DNA of 64,000 bases from Balanoglossus misakiensis (lineage: Eukaryota; Animalia; Hemichordata). The stretch is from assembly GCA_040954595.2 (NCBI GenBank), contig CM082584.2, positions 7,893,919 to 7,957,918 on the forward strand, given 5' to 3'. Below are positions 1 through 14,553 of this stretch, piece after piece (position 1 is the stretch's first letter; every line of letters starts with the position of its first letter). The position numbers and the translations under genes were made by a program. The notes beneath the pieces are model-generated. The model was not told the origin of the DNA. It made no database searches and saw nothing but the letters and a program-made list of their open reading frames with translations.

Positions 1-3000
1 CGCTCTCGCGCTTGCTTCACGAGAAACATGTTTACACGAACATACATTTTTATCTAGCTTAAACAGCAACGATTCCATACAAATTTCCAAGGACGCTTTT
101 CTTACTCGAACTGCAAATAGCCTACAGATCATATCGCACTGATTGTATTGCAAATTTAATGGCTCCTGCCTCCCTCGTTAAGATTGTCGGGGAGATGCGT
201 CGACGACGGAGTGTTGCACAAATTAGGACCGAAGTGACACGAGGTGAAATTTTAATGACTATTACCCTATACCTCCCTTGGATCTTTTTTTTGCATCTCT
301 CGTCATACGTGAACGAGCACACCGCCTTGTCCCTCCGCAGAGAGCGATCAATATTAGTCCGGGAGAAATGTCATGGAACGTACACATAAACACTGTCTCA
401 CAGCTCAGCTTGCAGAGGCAGGCGGACCCATGGGAATAGGATACAAACGAGTAAGCTACATGTAATTCTCAAAGTGTTGTCTGCGTGGAGATGAAACGAG
501 AACGAACATTTATACTTTGGATTTGGGTAATCCGACATAATTCAGTTCCCATCTCCGACCAGTGAGCTAATCCGAAGACAAAGTTCCCCAAAACAAACCA
601 AATTGCTCAAACCAACACATTATTTTGCCGCTATCGTTTCACATTTCAGTGCACTGCACTGCGAAGGTAAAATCAGCATATCTACTTGGCGATTTGCATC
701 GAAATGTTCGAGGCTAGAACAATGCTGTGAAATGTTGGCCTTACGGAAATTTGCATAATTTGTTTTCACCATACACATATTGACGTGCTCCGCCACCTGT
801 TTGCAACTTGAAGTTTTCGTAATGGCGGAGGACCATTTCATTACATTGGTCAGTTGGCAGCACCAGGACAAATGTTTCTCGCGAATGTTCTTCCTTGGGC
901 ATTGAGTTATCTTGGAAAGGAAGGCACTCTGAGCAAATCGACACCCTGACAAGTTCTTCATTGAGTTGGAAAGGTGCGAGAAAAACACTGACACTGTTGT
1001 GTATACGTGACCAAGCTTGCAACCACGGCGGTAAATGGAAATTATAAACCAGTCTGAACCAGATCTACATTGCGACTTTCCTTGCAACACAAAGATGAAT
1101 TTAGAAACAGTTTGTTGGTCAACTTTCGCATTTTAAATGACGTGCCTTTATGACAGCATATTGAAAACGCCAAGCCGTTGAACACACATTCATTAATTAA
1201 TCAAGGCGTGACACCGCATTTCAACACTTACATAGGAGACAAATTTGTTAAAATGTCCCGACGGCTTGCCTCTTCGCGGCACTCAGTCAGTCGTTGCCCA
1301 TACCCCTGGGACATTTTCTACATTTTAATTGTCCTGTAATGCACGATAATGAGATGTGTTTACTCAACTGATGTTATCGTGAAAACTGACTTGATTGAAA
1401 AGCCTCCGAACAGACGAAAGCAGGATTTCCAACACAGCTTGGTACAGGCACAGTCCCCCTCACGGGAAGTGTAGTCACGTACATGCCACGGCGACAGCTT
1501 GACCTGTGATGTGATATCCGTCTTGCTTGCGTTGCCGTGGCGATTCACATCACCATGGCAACACATCCAAGCCAGCAAATCGCCATAGGATGTAAACCGG
1601 TCGCACCAGTGAAACGAAGTAGTAAGCTTCAAATGAAATATTCTACATCTGATATCTCGTAGCCTGGAGCCGAGCGGGCTTTGTGGTTATTCTGAATGCA
1701 CTCAATGTGTAAAGATATCGAAAATGCGCTCAATGGATTTTTCTACTGTAAGAGTTCAAAAATATACACGTACGCACCCTGCACACACACACATCCATCT
1801 TAACCCTCCCCCCCCCCCACACACACACAAACACGTATACCCTCACTAACACAAAACGTCTCAGATATGTCCAGGCGAATTTCAGAGATCGCATGAATCG
1901 GAGAGTTGCCTATGCATCCAAATGAAAACCTTGGGGCGCTTGCAATAACTGTAATGCACCCATAGAAAAGAAATCAATGTAATCAATTGCCTCCCATACC
2001 TTTTTATTTTTTTGCAAATTGAAAAGAGTATCGAGTTTGGTCTGAAGACGTGCTATCTCAAGTAATACAGCGTTTCAATTACCGGAGTCCATCACTGGAA
2101 CTGTTGGACACCCCAATGCCATTATTTAAAATGACACATCGCGTATATACATATCAGTGCGCTGGAATGAACTAAGTACTCAGTTGGGACGCCAGGGCAA
2201 CAGACAGTGTGAAAAATGGCAGATACTTCAGTCCAACCACGCACGTTTTTTGTCGAGGGAGAGGATCACATCCTGATATCAGCAGACCTTTCATTTGCCA
2301 TTAGGCGCGCTGATAAAGCGACGTCGAATTGTATCTCCCGCAGCACTGCTGCCGATTTATCGCTTCTCGGCAAGACGCAGGATCACTTTGCTGATATCAA
2401 TGTGACGCTGCCATTGGAAATAAAATAACTAGGGCTGTTGAACCCTTTCTGCCGTATTGTTTCCTTAATGTGGGGCTGCTAATCTAATTTACCGCTTAAA
2501 AACAGCGCATATAAACACGCGTAGCTTGTGTACCTGCGCAATTGCAACAACACACGTTTGTTTTACTTCGACGAGACTCCCAGTTTTGTGGAAAAGGTTG
2601 ACACACTCAACCTGGCTGATAATCGGATTATTGCAAGGACGAACTTCGACTTTGGTCCACCAACTCTCTCTATGTAAGCGACTTGATTAAATGAGAACAT
2701 CTTCCTTAAACCCGACGCACTTGTTTTGTGCTTCAAATATTTTACACCGCCAATATCTGAAGGTAACTAGAAATATTTTCTCATTATTTATTTCAACGTT
2801 ATCGTCGTGAGTACATTGGGTTGTCTCGCTGAGGAAAGATATTATCGCGCCGCCTTCCGCTTCCCATGAATCACTTCGGCACATTTTCTCAATAAACTGC
2901 GCCAGAAATAGATGAAAAAGGGGTTCTTTAAGACGCCGGCAGAGATAACAGTCTCCTCGTTGATCGATACTAGGTAATTAAAGAGCGTCATTATGATTGT

Positions 3001-4337
3001 TTCTCTATCATCGCAGTAATTAGGAGACGGGTGATGAGAATTTCTCTTTGTCTGTTAAGTTTTGTTCCGGGATTAATTGTGTCCGGGCTAGATGAAATAT
3101 ATCCAGACATGAGGGGGCCCATATGAAACTTGGTCTCAAGACGACAACGTCGCACGCTCTTGTCGAGGGTGACGATAGAGTCGTTTCAAATTCCAAAACC
3201 GCGGAGAGAAGTAAGATGTACTTCGTGGTATTGGATGTGATTTCGGTGTAAACACACAAGCAATTTTCCTGTTGAGTATGTATGTATAGCGTAAAGATGG
3301 TCAATTACATCCGTCGTCCCGCGACAAGTGCATGCATGCGTAATCGATAAATCGATTATGAAAATGATTTCCACACAGCTGTTTTAAGCTAAGCGGGCAG
3401 TTAAAGGAGAAGACATCCAAGATGTGGCTACCGTGATAACCCTGTAATCACGATTGAATTTAATCGGCCAGGTGCGGCGTTTTTTTTTTTTTGCTTTTTG
3501 AAGGGCAATAATGACCGTGACATTTGGAGAAACGGTGCTGACAAAACATAATTGTACCTTTTAGTGCATAGACCGCCGTTTACTGAGATCCCGTTGGGCT
3601 ATGACAGATTCGCCATGGCAACAGCTTTGCGGGGTTCTCGCAATACCCAGCAGCGGATGCAACTTGTTGTTCTCTCTGGCTGCAATGGCCTCGGACCATA
3701 ACGCGTCCTTGCTCAAGAAACGAAATCCACAATCCAGTGACCTTCACTTCTGTCAATCCCCAAAACGCGCCGCCGACAAGAAGTTGCAAACCTGGGTGCG
3801 ATTAGGCACTTATCGCTCAGATCGGTCGCCAGGCTACAAACGACACTGCTGATGTTGTTGCCGGGCAACGGGATGCGAAAACATTACCAGCCGGGGAAAA
3901 TATGGGATCATTATCTGTCGCGTCGTCGACAGCAGTGGCATTGGGCTCATCAACACTCCCGCCCCACAACTTGAATCTGCATAATTGTGTTTTCCTTTCA
4001 TAAATGGAAGGACAGTTTTTTTGATCAGTAATTGCGCAAACCACACAAAGACAGGCAGCGTGTGTCATCAACATCGTTGTAAGTTCTCTGTTAACAACAT
4101 AACTATTTAAGGTGCTAAGTACGTGGGCGTTTTCAGGAAAGCAGTACGTCGCTGTTAAATTATTAAAAAGCAGTTTTGCGGAGAGAAAAATAGCCCCAAC
4201 CATCCTCACCACACGTGGCATAATGGACAACACGAGTTTTTGATTCTGCATGACTGGATGCAGTCACATTGATTGTTGAATCAAAGTAATAAAATCATGA
4301 ATCAGTCGATCATCTAATCAGCCATAGTCAACGCCAA

Positions 4338-4500
4338 AAACAACCAAGAAACTAAGGAACCACCAAAGAAACCAATTAACAAAGAAACCAATTAACAAAG
4401 AAACCAAAGAACAAAGAAACCAAGAAACAAAGAAACCAAAGAACAAAGAAACCAAAGAACAAAGAAACCAAGAAACCAACCAACCAACCAACCAACCAAC
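4338..4500. repeat. Low-complexity tandem repeat of AAAGAAACCA/AAAGAAC units grading into (ACCA)n microsatellite
   Basis: Repeated aaagaaacca/aaagaac units followed by (aacc)n are directly visible; this explains the FLVSLFFGFF-type ORF 4376-4591. Confidence 0.9.
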
Positions 4501-5808
4501 TATTATACGAAAACGTGTAAGACGTCGTGTAGCATACTATGATTACGACACCGAATGATATTTTATCAATACAAGATGTCTCTTCAGGCAAATAAAGTCC
4601 ACTACGCTGACCATCACGCCTGCAGACTTTTTAATTAGCAATGGCACGACAAATTTCCGCTATTCACGTCCCATCACCACCATCATCATCTTGGACAGGA
4701 AATCGTAGCGAGTTGAATAAAAGCTTTGATGACACTTATAACGGAGGCTTTTTAACCTTTCCACGAACGCTTCCATTAAAGGAAATGTCAACCTCAATCC
4801 CCTAAGCGTTTGCGCGGTATCTGATGCAGCCTGATTGTTTTGAGGGATTTCTACATAGACAGGTGACAACCGTGAAAGCAATCCAACGACCCAAATAGCT
4901 CACATGCTTTAGCCAAAAAATGTAAATAACAAGCTGGTAATCAAACCGCATCACAAGCCGTGTTAATTAAGCTAATCAGTCATTTATTTCGCATCATCAC
5001 ATGCTCTCTCTAGGACTTCTCTGATCTCACATATGGGCGATGATGGCGCTATCACATGCAGTGGTTCGATAGAGATATCGAGCATTCGCCATGTGGCTAC
5101 CCTAGTTAAAATAAAATACTAGTATTCCTTCTGGACAAATGCCAAGGTTTGCCTCATGCATGAAGACGCGGACACGTCTATCAGAACAACGGCGACCGTG
5201 TGAAGTTGATAAAATGCTAAAATCTATGGGAACATACCTAACAAATAAAACTACGTAAGGATGTATAATATTACAGTTAATTAAAAAATACATAGACATT
5301 AGCACCACTACGCTTCGGGCTGTACACGTTGCGCTAATGTCTTCGTGAACACATCACAACATCAAACGTAAGTGGTATAGCGATCAAACTTTTCTTACAG
5401 TATTGAAAGTCGATAAATATACGTTACAATAGTGAACACAGACAACTAATACCCTCGTATTTAAAGCTATCAATTTCACTGGCTTTTCACCGTGAGACAC
5501 ACTTATACTTATTCTTAAGCGCAGAAAGGTAAGCGAAAGTTGAAAAGAGCGCAGAGGAGATCAGAAGGTATTATAAGAGGACGTCGGAAGCCTATGTTTT
5601 ATATATTGGCTATATGGAACGCTGTATTGTATACACGTGCCTTGTTCTCGCAAAGCCAGAGTGAGAAATGCCTTTCCCCGAGGAACTACTTTATCACAGC
5701 TCGACCTGTTCACCAGCTGATACAGGTTATTGTTGACCAGAGTGAGACAACGCCAGTTGGAGTCCAAAGATTCTAAGTTTTGGAATGAGGATACCGCGCG
5801 CGTCAAAA

Positions 5809-8800
5809 ATGGCAATGTTACCGTCATTCACCCATACACTGGTGATAGTAATGTCGGTTCTGTTAAATTTCAGCGAAGGTAAGAACTGTTACATTATTAC
5901 TTTTTCCGACAAAGTGTGGATGAAACGCCCTATTTTTGACGAGATTCTTTCTCAGCATGGTAATCAAATTTCACATGTAATAGTTAGCATTCAGACACTG
6001 GCATAGATTTTCAACCGATGCACGACATACTAGTCCTGAAAAGAGGCCGAGTTTGAAAATGGTTGCCAAAGTTATGAAATATGACGCCAAAATATGTGTT
6101 CCTTTGTCAATTTCGCTCAGTATGTTTTTTCATGATTAAAAACAATCGATTTGTAACTCATTACCAACGTAAAATGTTGCTTCGATCGAGATATTAAATT
6201 CAGAGAGAGAGAGAGGGAGAGAGAATACTTCTAGCGGGGGGACTTTGGATTAAGTGTCATTTTGTCAAAACACTCAGAATGTTGCTATTTCCTTTGTCCT
6301 ACCTCCTCGGGGAATTCCACCATTTAACACTCTCAATGAAATTCGATATATTGGCTTTGTTTAATTTCAAGGTGTTTTGGCAGGGTTTCTACCAGCCATG
6401 ACGAAGTGTCGCAAACGCACGTTCGTGGTTATTTTATGGCTACATATACAGTGTAGGGCTCATCCAAGAATATACGCCATTTGCATACGAAAAAGGGGGC
6501 TTGGGATGGAAATAATGAGTGTAATCTGTATCATTAATTTTGAAGATGAAATGAGCTGGTAACATTCGGTTTGGCAATTCTTTCTTCAGGAAACCAAACA
6601 ACAGACAACCAACAGGAAACAGCGAGTGTGCTACCTTCGACGCTTGAAGCTCCAACGGCAGGTATTTGTTCACCCGTTTGCGTTCTCATCTTTTCTGAGA
6701 CACAGCAAACGTGTTTCATGGAGGACAATAAAAGTGCGACGGCAAAACAATCCTCAAACGCCATTTTCAAACACAGCATGTGTCAACGTTGCCTGATTTT
6801 TTTCTTCAAAAATTACCTGCAAAAACAGGAAGTGATGTCAGCTGGCTTAGAAAATAGTTAGGAAACCCTGCCCTTCATGTGATACCCGCCATATATCAAT
6901 TTAAGTCAATAAAGATTATTGCACATACGGGTATGTGAATTTTATCCTACAATTAGATGGCTTCCCGCAGCTGCAAGCGTCACCAACTTTAACATTTATC
7001 AACACAAGCGACCCGGTGCATTTCCTGTGCACATTCATTGCGCCGATATCCGGCGAAGAGATCTACACACTTGATTGGCTAATCGGTGGGCATGTTGCCA
7101 GTACGACCAACATCACGTCACTTCCGCTCCAGGACGAACTGTTTGAGTATGAGTATATACTGGGTGAAACGGTAAGCCACTCTCTTTATGCACGTTTAAT
7201 ATACTCCCCTAAATGGTTGTGTGTCATGACTGATCACTTTTGTGCCTAGCTGTGCCAATTTATTAATAAATCTTAACGAAAAATGGATAATGTTAACAAT
7301 ATATACCACATGAAAATGAAATGTCAACAAGAACTAATGCTGGAACCAGGGACTGAAAATTACCCTTTAAAGGCAAATGTATCTCATCATGGTTTCTACT
7401 AACGTTATGACATCATATGATATTTGCGCAGTAACAGAAAGCGAAAGTGAGTGTAACGTCTTTAGGATATAAATGGTTAATTAGGCCCTATATGATTCCA
7501 GGTCCAATGCCAAGTGTCAGGTGTTCTACGAGGGTCAAATTCAAGCGGCACCCCCGAGCGAAGCAATGAAGTTTTCGTTGGGATTCAGGTAAGGCGAGTA
7601 AAATTTCTCCTTGTGGTTTTAAGATGACAAAATCCTTATGTTGAAGTGTATTTCTTGACAGCACCATAAACGCTACAGCGTGGCGAATAGTGTTTTATAT
7701 AGAAAAATAAGTGATCGAATCCGAAAAATCACAATTGCAGATATCACCAAATGTCATCACGGTGTCCGAAAGTGGTGGGCCGGCTGTATTTACAATTAGG
7801 ACAACTGTGCCAATCAACTGTACATTCAATATTTTGGCAAACAATGGTGAGTTCATTATTTTAGCTTTTTGGGGATAGACACAGATAAGACAGTTATTGG
7901 GTTGCGCAGGGAAAGGGAACCTACAGCGCCTCGAAAGGCCTATCCTCATTGGTTGCAGCATCAAGGCACCTGTTGCATACCCGTTTGTTAACAAGGGCCA
8001 GACCAATCAAAACCAACCTTACATAAATGTCACGGCAACGAGAAAGTAGTGCCACTCTTAACAAAAACACATTTTCTGCAGTATATCCCGGGCGACATGA
8101 AGTTGTTTTCAGCACCTGTTCCGTGAGAATCGGCTACGACCAGCCAATGAATGTCACCGTGTCAGCTGTGCGCGATTTCCAAGACGACAACGACCGCCGA
8201 GTCGAGATTGCGATCGTCCCGTCAGAGGATTGCGCGGTGGATGTGTCAGAAGGCTACAAGGAAGTGGTAACGGTAAGTGAGTGTTTTGTACGCTGAACTC
8301 AAAGCACTCGTGTGTTTTTCTACGTCACTTGTATTTTTGTAATTCACATTACAATGCGCTCTTCTTTCAAGCAACGAGTCTATCTGCTTTAATTTCCTTC
8401 AGGTGATTACCACAGACGTGAATACCTCTCGTTGTTGGATATTTGGCAGTCTTCACGTCCTAACCTATGACAAAAGGTAACAAGTTACTGCACCTCAACG
8501 AAAATTTGAAGTTAAAACAAGGCTATAAACCTTACAATCTTAAGAGATCAAGACAAACTGCTTGAACAATTTATAGGTTACAGCTGAAAATTCAAGGAAA
8601 AAAAATACATGAAATGCGTTGCTTTTTAAACTTAACCAACACAGATAGATTGCAATTCTGTTGTCTAACAGTATTCACTATTAGATTTCCACCATCCGAT
8701 AGTAAATAAACGATTACTCTTTATCGTTTTATATCACAGTACAGACATCATTGATGGAATAGGCCCGTTTATGATTCACCAAACTGCCGCTGGAGAGTTT

Positions 8801-11800
8801 GCTGTGAGTTCATATATCTCATTATTATCTTGATTGCGGTGAAATACAATCAATCAATCAATCAATAAATCAATTGGTGGATTATTCCACTTTGAAGAAT
8901 ACGAAGTGTACATGAAATCTGTCCTCAATTTCAAGGTCCGTGGCCGTGCTTGGCAATGTTGGCAATCATCCTGTCTGTGTGGGGTCTATATCCGTGAGAA
9001 CGCTGACGAGCTCTCCATCGATATGTGTCATGGCGAATGGTCCAAGACGGCGCCTTCTATCATCCAACACAGTGAAGGTCAACTAAGCCGAAGTTTGAGA
9101 GTAACCACGGATGAAAGCGGATCAACGTTCAAAGTAGGGTGTAACAAACAATGGATGGATGGATGAATGTACGAACGTACGAATGGATGGATGAATAGTT
9201 ACATTTCTGTTTATCTAGAACTAACTGACTGACTGATGACTGACTGGATGGTTCAATTAATCCCTGCATAGAATACTTATATCAAACTATTACTGAGCCC
9301 AAACGGTGCAATGTGATGTGATTGAAATGAGCTGTTTCAATACACAGGACTGCTGCAGCCATATGTCAGAGATAATTCGAGATGAGCTGATTGCGGAGTG
9401 GGCGAGAATCCGTTGTTAGAAAATCGCCTGAGCCCCAATATTTGTCTTTCTTGTAGGTTCACCTTGCATCCGGACGCCTTGTCACCATGGAAACGCATTA
9501 CTGGGGGATGAATGTTTTCCTGGAAGGCCCGAGTGATGAGTACGAAAATGGACTTGGCATTTGTAGCAACATGGACGTTGAACTATTCAATGAAATTCAT
9601 ATGAACACCACCGCGTTACACTCCAATGGGAGTGCACTCAATGAATCGATTCTGTGAGCGTTTTGTGTTATTTGCTTGCAATACAGTAGTGTGTGCATGC
9701 CATGTCACAATTAATAGCAAATTCGACGCATTTTACCATGGAACGTGCAAAACCACTAACAAAAGAGCAGGTGTCGGAATTATTTATCAGCTTAGCATGA
9801 TATTAAGTGTTCAAAGAGAAAAAAACTCGTGGGATTTTAACCCTTTTTACCCATAGAAAATAAAGTGGGTTAATTTGACGACACAACTGCACAATGCATA
9901 CTGATACATGTATTTTTCGGCAGATTAACAGCTATTCCACCCGATGATGATATGAAGGATGTCGACAACAACAGGTATTGCACGTGCACTGAGTCAGAAA
10001 ATGAGGAGAGCACGGATTCCGGGCAGTGTGACGTCACAACCAAAGTATTTCAGCCGGCCTCCGAATATGACCTGTATTCGGACACCGACGTGACAGAGTT
10101 CATTTTAAGAGCGGAAGGTGGACAGGACGGGTACCTGAGAGGGTGAGTTGTCACATTTGTTTAGAACTGCTACGGTTCGAGGTGCCACATATTGAACGTG
10201 CTGACCAATTCCTCTGTGCTGCTCAAACCATTTTCAGTGTAATTCACATACACACTGTCTGGTGTGATCCGTAATGTTTGATGCGTTCCCTTTTAGGGAA
10301 ATGGTTCCTATCCAGCCTGAAGTAAAGTGGCCAACACCGACCGGGATTACGATCGGCGACGCGTACCAGATTTGCCGGTCCGCGATGCAGGACTCGCCGT
10401 TGGCTGACTATTGCAGCGACGTCGTTGGAGTCGATCCGTTCATGGCGGTAGAACCCTGTGTAGACGATATTGGGGTGAGATAAATGACAAGCCAATCCTT
10501 TCTCAGTATGTAAGGTACAGTCGTGTATTTGTGTTTTTATTGCTTGCATCCAGAAAATTGAAGTTGTACTTTTTTTCTGACTGAAAATAATTTGTCCTGT
10601 AGGGAACGGGTGGCGTTGAAATGGTAGAAACAGCTGTTCTCATCATGGAAGACGTGTGTAAAGAGATGTCCCTGAAGAATTTGTCTTATTACAAACTAGG
10701 TAAGATTTCTAAACAGTCCCTGAGAATAGCTCGTACTCCATGCGGTAGAATTTATCTGTTCGGTATATTCATATCTGCATATGTCTTGTCTGTTTAGGCG
10801 AACCGAATGATAACATCACTGTTACGCCTCCACCGATCTTGAAACAGCTATGCCGATATGATTGTTACGGACACGGGTACTGTATCAACGGTGTTTGTCG
10901 ATGCAAAGAAGGTGAGTGATATGAACAAAGCTGTATTCCAGATAACGAACTGAGGTCCCAAAATTGTCAAGCCTTAATAAATGACGAACCTTGGACTAGA
11001 CAGCAAACTCAACGGTAGCGTAAACGTAGCACGGTCGAGCCTTGACGGCGTTGACCGGTCCGTTACAAGTCCTGGTTCGATTTACCTTGCACCCGGCAGA
11101 ACGTGCGCTAAGACATGTGCTGGAAAAATGCAGTGTAAACTGCTAACCGACCGACCTGAGCGTTGCGCTCACACAAATACTAAGAAAAACCTCGGAATTA
11201 TTATCCGTAGACAACTAAACCTCTCAGAGGTTACAGACAAAGTGTTCCCACAAACGTGGAGAAGGGTTCGAACGAAAATATAAGAAGTATAGAGGTAAAG
11301 TGCGAATTCAGATCACCACAACCGAGAGCACGATGCTCACAGTTCAACCGCCATGTCTCGTCTGCTTTTGAATGTCGAGGGGAGTCACTATACAAGCAAT
11401 AAGCCCACGTGATACAAGCTCCGCCCCCAATCGTGGAAAATTGACAGTTGCTCTTGCTATGGGGTGTCTCAGTCTAAGAAACAGGAAAAAGTCGCATTTC
11501 TGGAGATAGGAGTACATGTATTGTGTGCGGCATTGACCTAGCAATTCCGTGACAATATCTTTCAAAGTAGATGTCAGATCTTGATTGCCTAATGCTGTAG
11601 GATGGCTTTCCTTCACACTCGCACTCAACACTCACACGTTCATAAGCTGTACAGGCTACGTTTGAAAATACTAATATTCAATTTGGTAGGTTATGGAGGA
11701 GTGGATTGCAATGTCGATCTTGCCAGACCGCCGGATGTGTGGCAAATCAGTGGACTGGACGATGGACACTCGTGCAACATCTCAACAGAGAGTTGTCAAG

Positions 11801-13910
11801 ATATTTCTATAATCGGGGAAAATTTCTTGAACTCTCCATCCCTGTACTGTCTTTACCAAAAGCTGGACGTATGTATCACATCTCTTGTGATTTTAAAACA
11901 TGGTTAAATTAGGAACAACTTTACAAACCTATCATTGCAACTTTGCAAGTAAGCAATATTACTGTGTAGCCTGCTGTCGTCAAAATTCTTCCTAAATTCT
12001 CAGTAATATGGCCTGCTAGCCCTGCAGGTATATGTAAGTATCTAAGTATCTAAGTATGTAAGTATCTGATGTATTTCCCTACCAGGTTCGACCCGGCGCA
12101 CCTGGCGTTCCCACAGGAGACAGGACGGTGACGGCGGCTTCATTTAGGAGTTATCGGGAAGTCGTCTGCTCCGCGCCCGAAGACGTGAGAAATCAAAGCA
12201 GCGCGTTTATGATTTACGTCAGCAATAAAGATGGTACACACATGAGCAAGGGACTAGAACTGCCCAGCGCTCGACGCAGCTGTATCGAGTGCGACGCGGA
12301 CGGCGTTTGCGCAGTCAAGGTATTTGGTATTGTTTTGAACTCGATACTGCGGTGTGATAACGCGAGGTGTATAGAGGGATGACTGTAAACTAAATTTACC
12401 GTGCTATCATTTTCGGTAAAAACGCTTTGTCAATCAGCCATTTTTGTTCAATTTTACACCCACGAGCAGCTCCTCGTTACGCAAATTTTGTATGTGCACA
12501 TTGCAGCAAGGATTCTGCAAAATAGACGGAGTGTGTTATCCGGACAGGGCATACAAGGCCGACAACAGACAATTCCAGTGCTTGGTGAGGACTTCCCAGG
12601 TCCAATGGGCTAGGTGGCTCTATGTCGAAGGCGGAGGTGGAGGGAACGGAAACGACGGCAATTCCGGCAGCGTCGACGATATCAGTACGGAATCTGCAAC
12701 AAGTGAAATGCCCTTGACCCAGTTGGGAACCCAGTTGGGCGGCACCAAAGGAGAGGTTTCGCCCAACGACGTTTCTTTTGTTGTAATGGGATATAGTAAG
12801 TAATTTATCTGGACACACGCCACCTTCGTTTGAATGTCGCTATATAGTTCATCGTGAAGTATTGTTAACTAACCGCAGATTTCTTTTTAGTACCTCTCAC
12901 ATATCGATACGAAGCATCGTTTGGAAATGTAGTCAGGTAAAACAAAATCATGGGTTACATCACGGTTACAGTGTTCTAATGCCCGCGTGGTGGGCAGCGC
13001 CCTCGAACGACGGATCATGACATGACATGGCAGTGCGTTCTTCAAAAGTAGTTCCGGCAAGTGATTCGCCCGACGGTATTATCGCCCCGTGTAATGCGTT
13101 CTCGTATCTTCCCTTTTAGAAAAAAATCGCAGTGGCACGGCATCGTGCACGTGGCATGTACGCTGAAAAGCTTAGCTAATATCAACTGCTTTTCCCCAGC
13201 AAAGTCTGCCGTATGTAGTATATACAAATGTACATACAGGCTGGAGTTAATGCATGACTGGAACTACTTTTTGATAATTGGAAAGTAGCCTGGGAATAGT
13301 TTACATTTCACTGTTCTATGATTATATTATTAACTTTGTTTTTTTTTCATGGTTATTACAACACAGATTTTGTATCAAGTGGCCTGATCTGGGGATTATT
13401 GATTACTGCACTAGTGGCGCTAGGCGTTACCGGATTCCTCTTAGGTTGTTGGCGATACAAGCAGAAGAAGAAACGCTCTAAAGTATGTTTTGGCTTTTGT
13501 ATTTAATTTTTTAGTTTTAGTCACACAGCTTTTTACAAATGAAACATTTGTTGGACATACTTCAGGAAGGGATGGGCAACGTCTGCACCGTTCCAGTTTT
13601 CAATGTACTTTTGATTTGGTAATCAGCGTACCAATACAAGACTTCAGTGATCACCAAAAAAATACACCCTACTATCAACCACTTCATTTCAAACACTTAA
13701 TTCTGCCGAGAGCTCGAGGTGTGAATTACTTACACGACAACAACAGCAACTATAACAACTCGATTGCTCTCACACACATATACATACACACAATGCAACA
13801 TGCATGTGATAGGTCTTGTTTCCTGCAGCTCTTTGATAACAATACTCTTCCTTCTTATTTTCCAGGTTGGAACTCAAACAGAAAAGTCCGCAAGAAAAAC
13901 GACCAAATGA
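5809..13910 (+). CDS. Multi-exon (~18 exons) von Willebrand factor D and EGF domain-containing (VWDE-like) type-I membrane protein
   Basis: Signal peptide exon MAMLPSFTHTLVIVMSVLLNFSEG (alternative ATG 5785). GT-AG exons give VQCQV..SNEVFVGIQ, VRDFQDDNDR, VWD start CWIFGSLHVLTYDK (8403-8476), CWQSSCLCGVYIRE, GLGICSN, WPTPTGITIGDAYQIC..CVDDI, EGF CRYDCYGHGYCINGVCRCKEG|YGGVDC, IIGENFLNSPSLYC, FCKIDGVCY, a Gly/Ser stalk, TM GLIWGLLITALVALGVTGFLLGCW followed by RYKQKKKR, and a last exon ending TGA at 13908-13910. Confidence 0.8.
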
Positions 13911-14553
13911 ACTGCACATGTGCTCTGTCAGTTGCTTCTGCGCGTATGGACCGTCACACGATTTTAGAAGGATCAGCATATTTCGCAGACATTGTTAGTG
14001 ATTTAAATTTTCCCCCACTCCCTTCGTCTTATGTATTTACTCTATCCATTACTCTATCCATCAGCGACGTAGACATATTTCTGTTGTCGATGCTATACAT
14101 TCAAAGGCCCGTGTATAAAGTTTACATGTGTCGATTCATTGCATTTCACCTTCAACGTCATTGGGCCAGCCATTTCCCCCAACATGTGATTCTATGTTTT
14201 TTTCATATTTACAAGGAATGATGTATGCTTCAAATATCTGGTATTTGTTTATGATACAAAGAAATGTTTAGGAAGAATACACACCATGCAGTAGTTAAGT
14301 TGCACATGGACTATTTTGTTGTGATGTTTATAGAATACTAGCAGCACAAAATAAGTTTTTTTCATAAAATACCGGGATTTTTGTCCGAGTACAGTTTACA
14401 GAGGAGGTGTTGTCGGAGACATGCATTTCACTGAGTACGCTTTTATCCTCTGTATTATAATGTTCTTTAAATAAAAATGGCTCATGACATACTATGATTT
14501 CTATAATATATCTTTACGCAACAACGGGAAAATAAAACATACACTAAAGCTGG

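Noticed and set aside
2359-2371. ATCGCTTCTCGGC, identical to the 5' end of U2 snRNA
   Set aside because: The match stops after 13 nt; no branch-recognition region or Sm site follows.
1-5500. Short ORFs and GC-richer patches (e.g. 620-1090, 2216-2428, 3601-4251)
   Set aside because: No recognisable domain or consistent exon chain; probably intergenic, UTR or intron of an off-window gene.
6372-6558. Apparent AG..GT-bounded exon in VWDE-like intron 1
   Set aside because: The translation is not family-like and the 6590-6661 exon already joins in phase without it.
11010-11275. tRNA/SINE-like B boxes (GGTTCGA) in a VWDE-like intron
   Set aside because: No cloverleaf, convincing A box, tail or target-site duplication seen.
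13490-14221. 243-aa ORF
   Set aside because: It spans the last intron, last exon (in another frame) and 3' UTR of the VWDE-like gene; no ATG start; composition looks non-coding.
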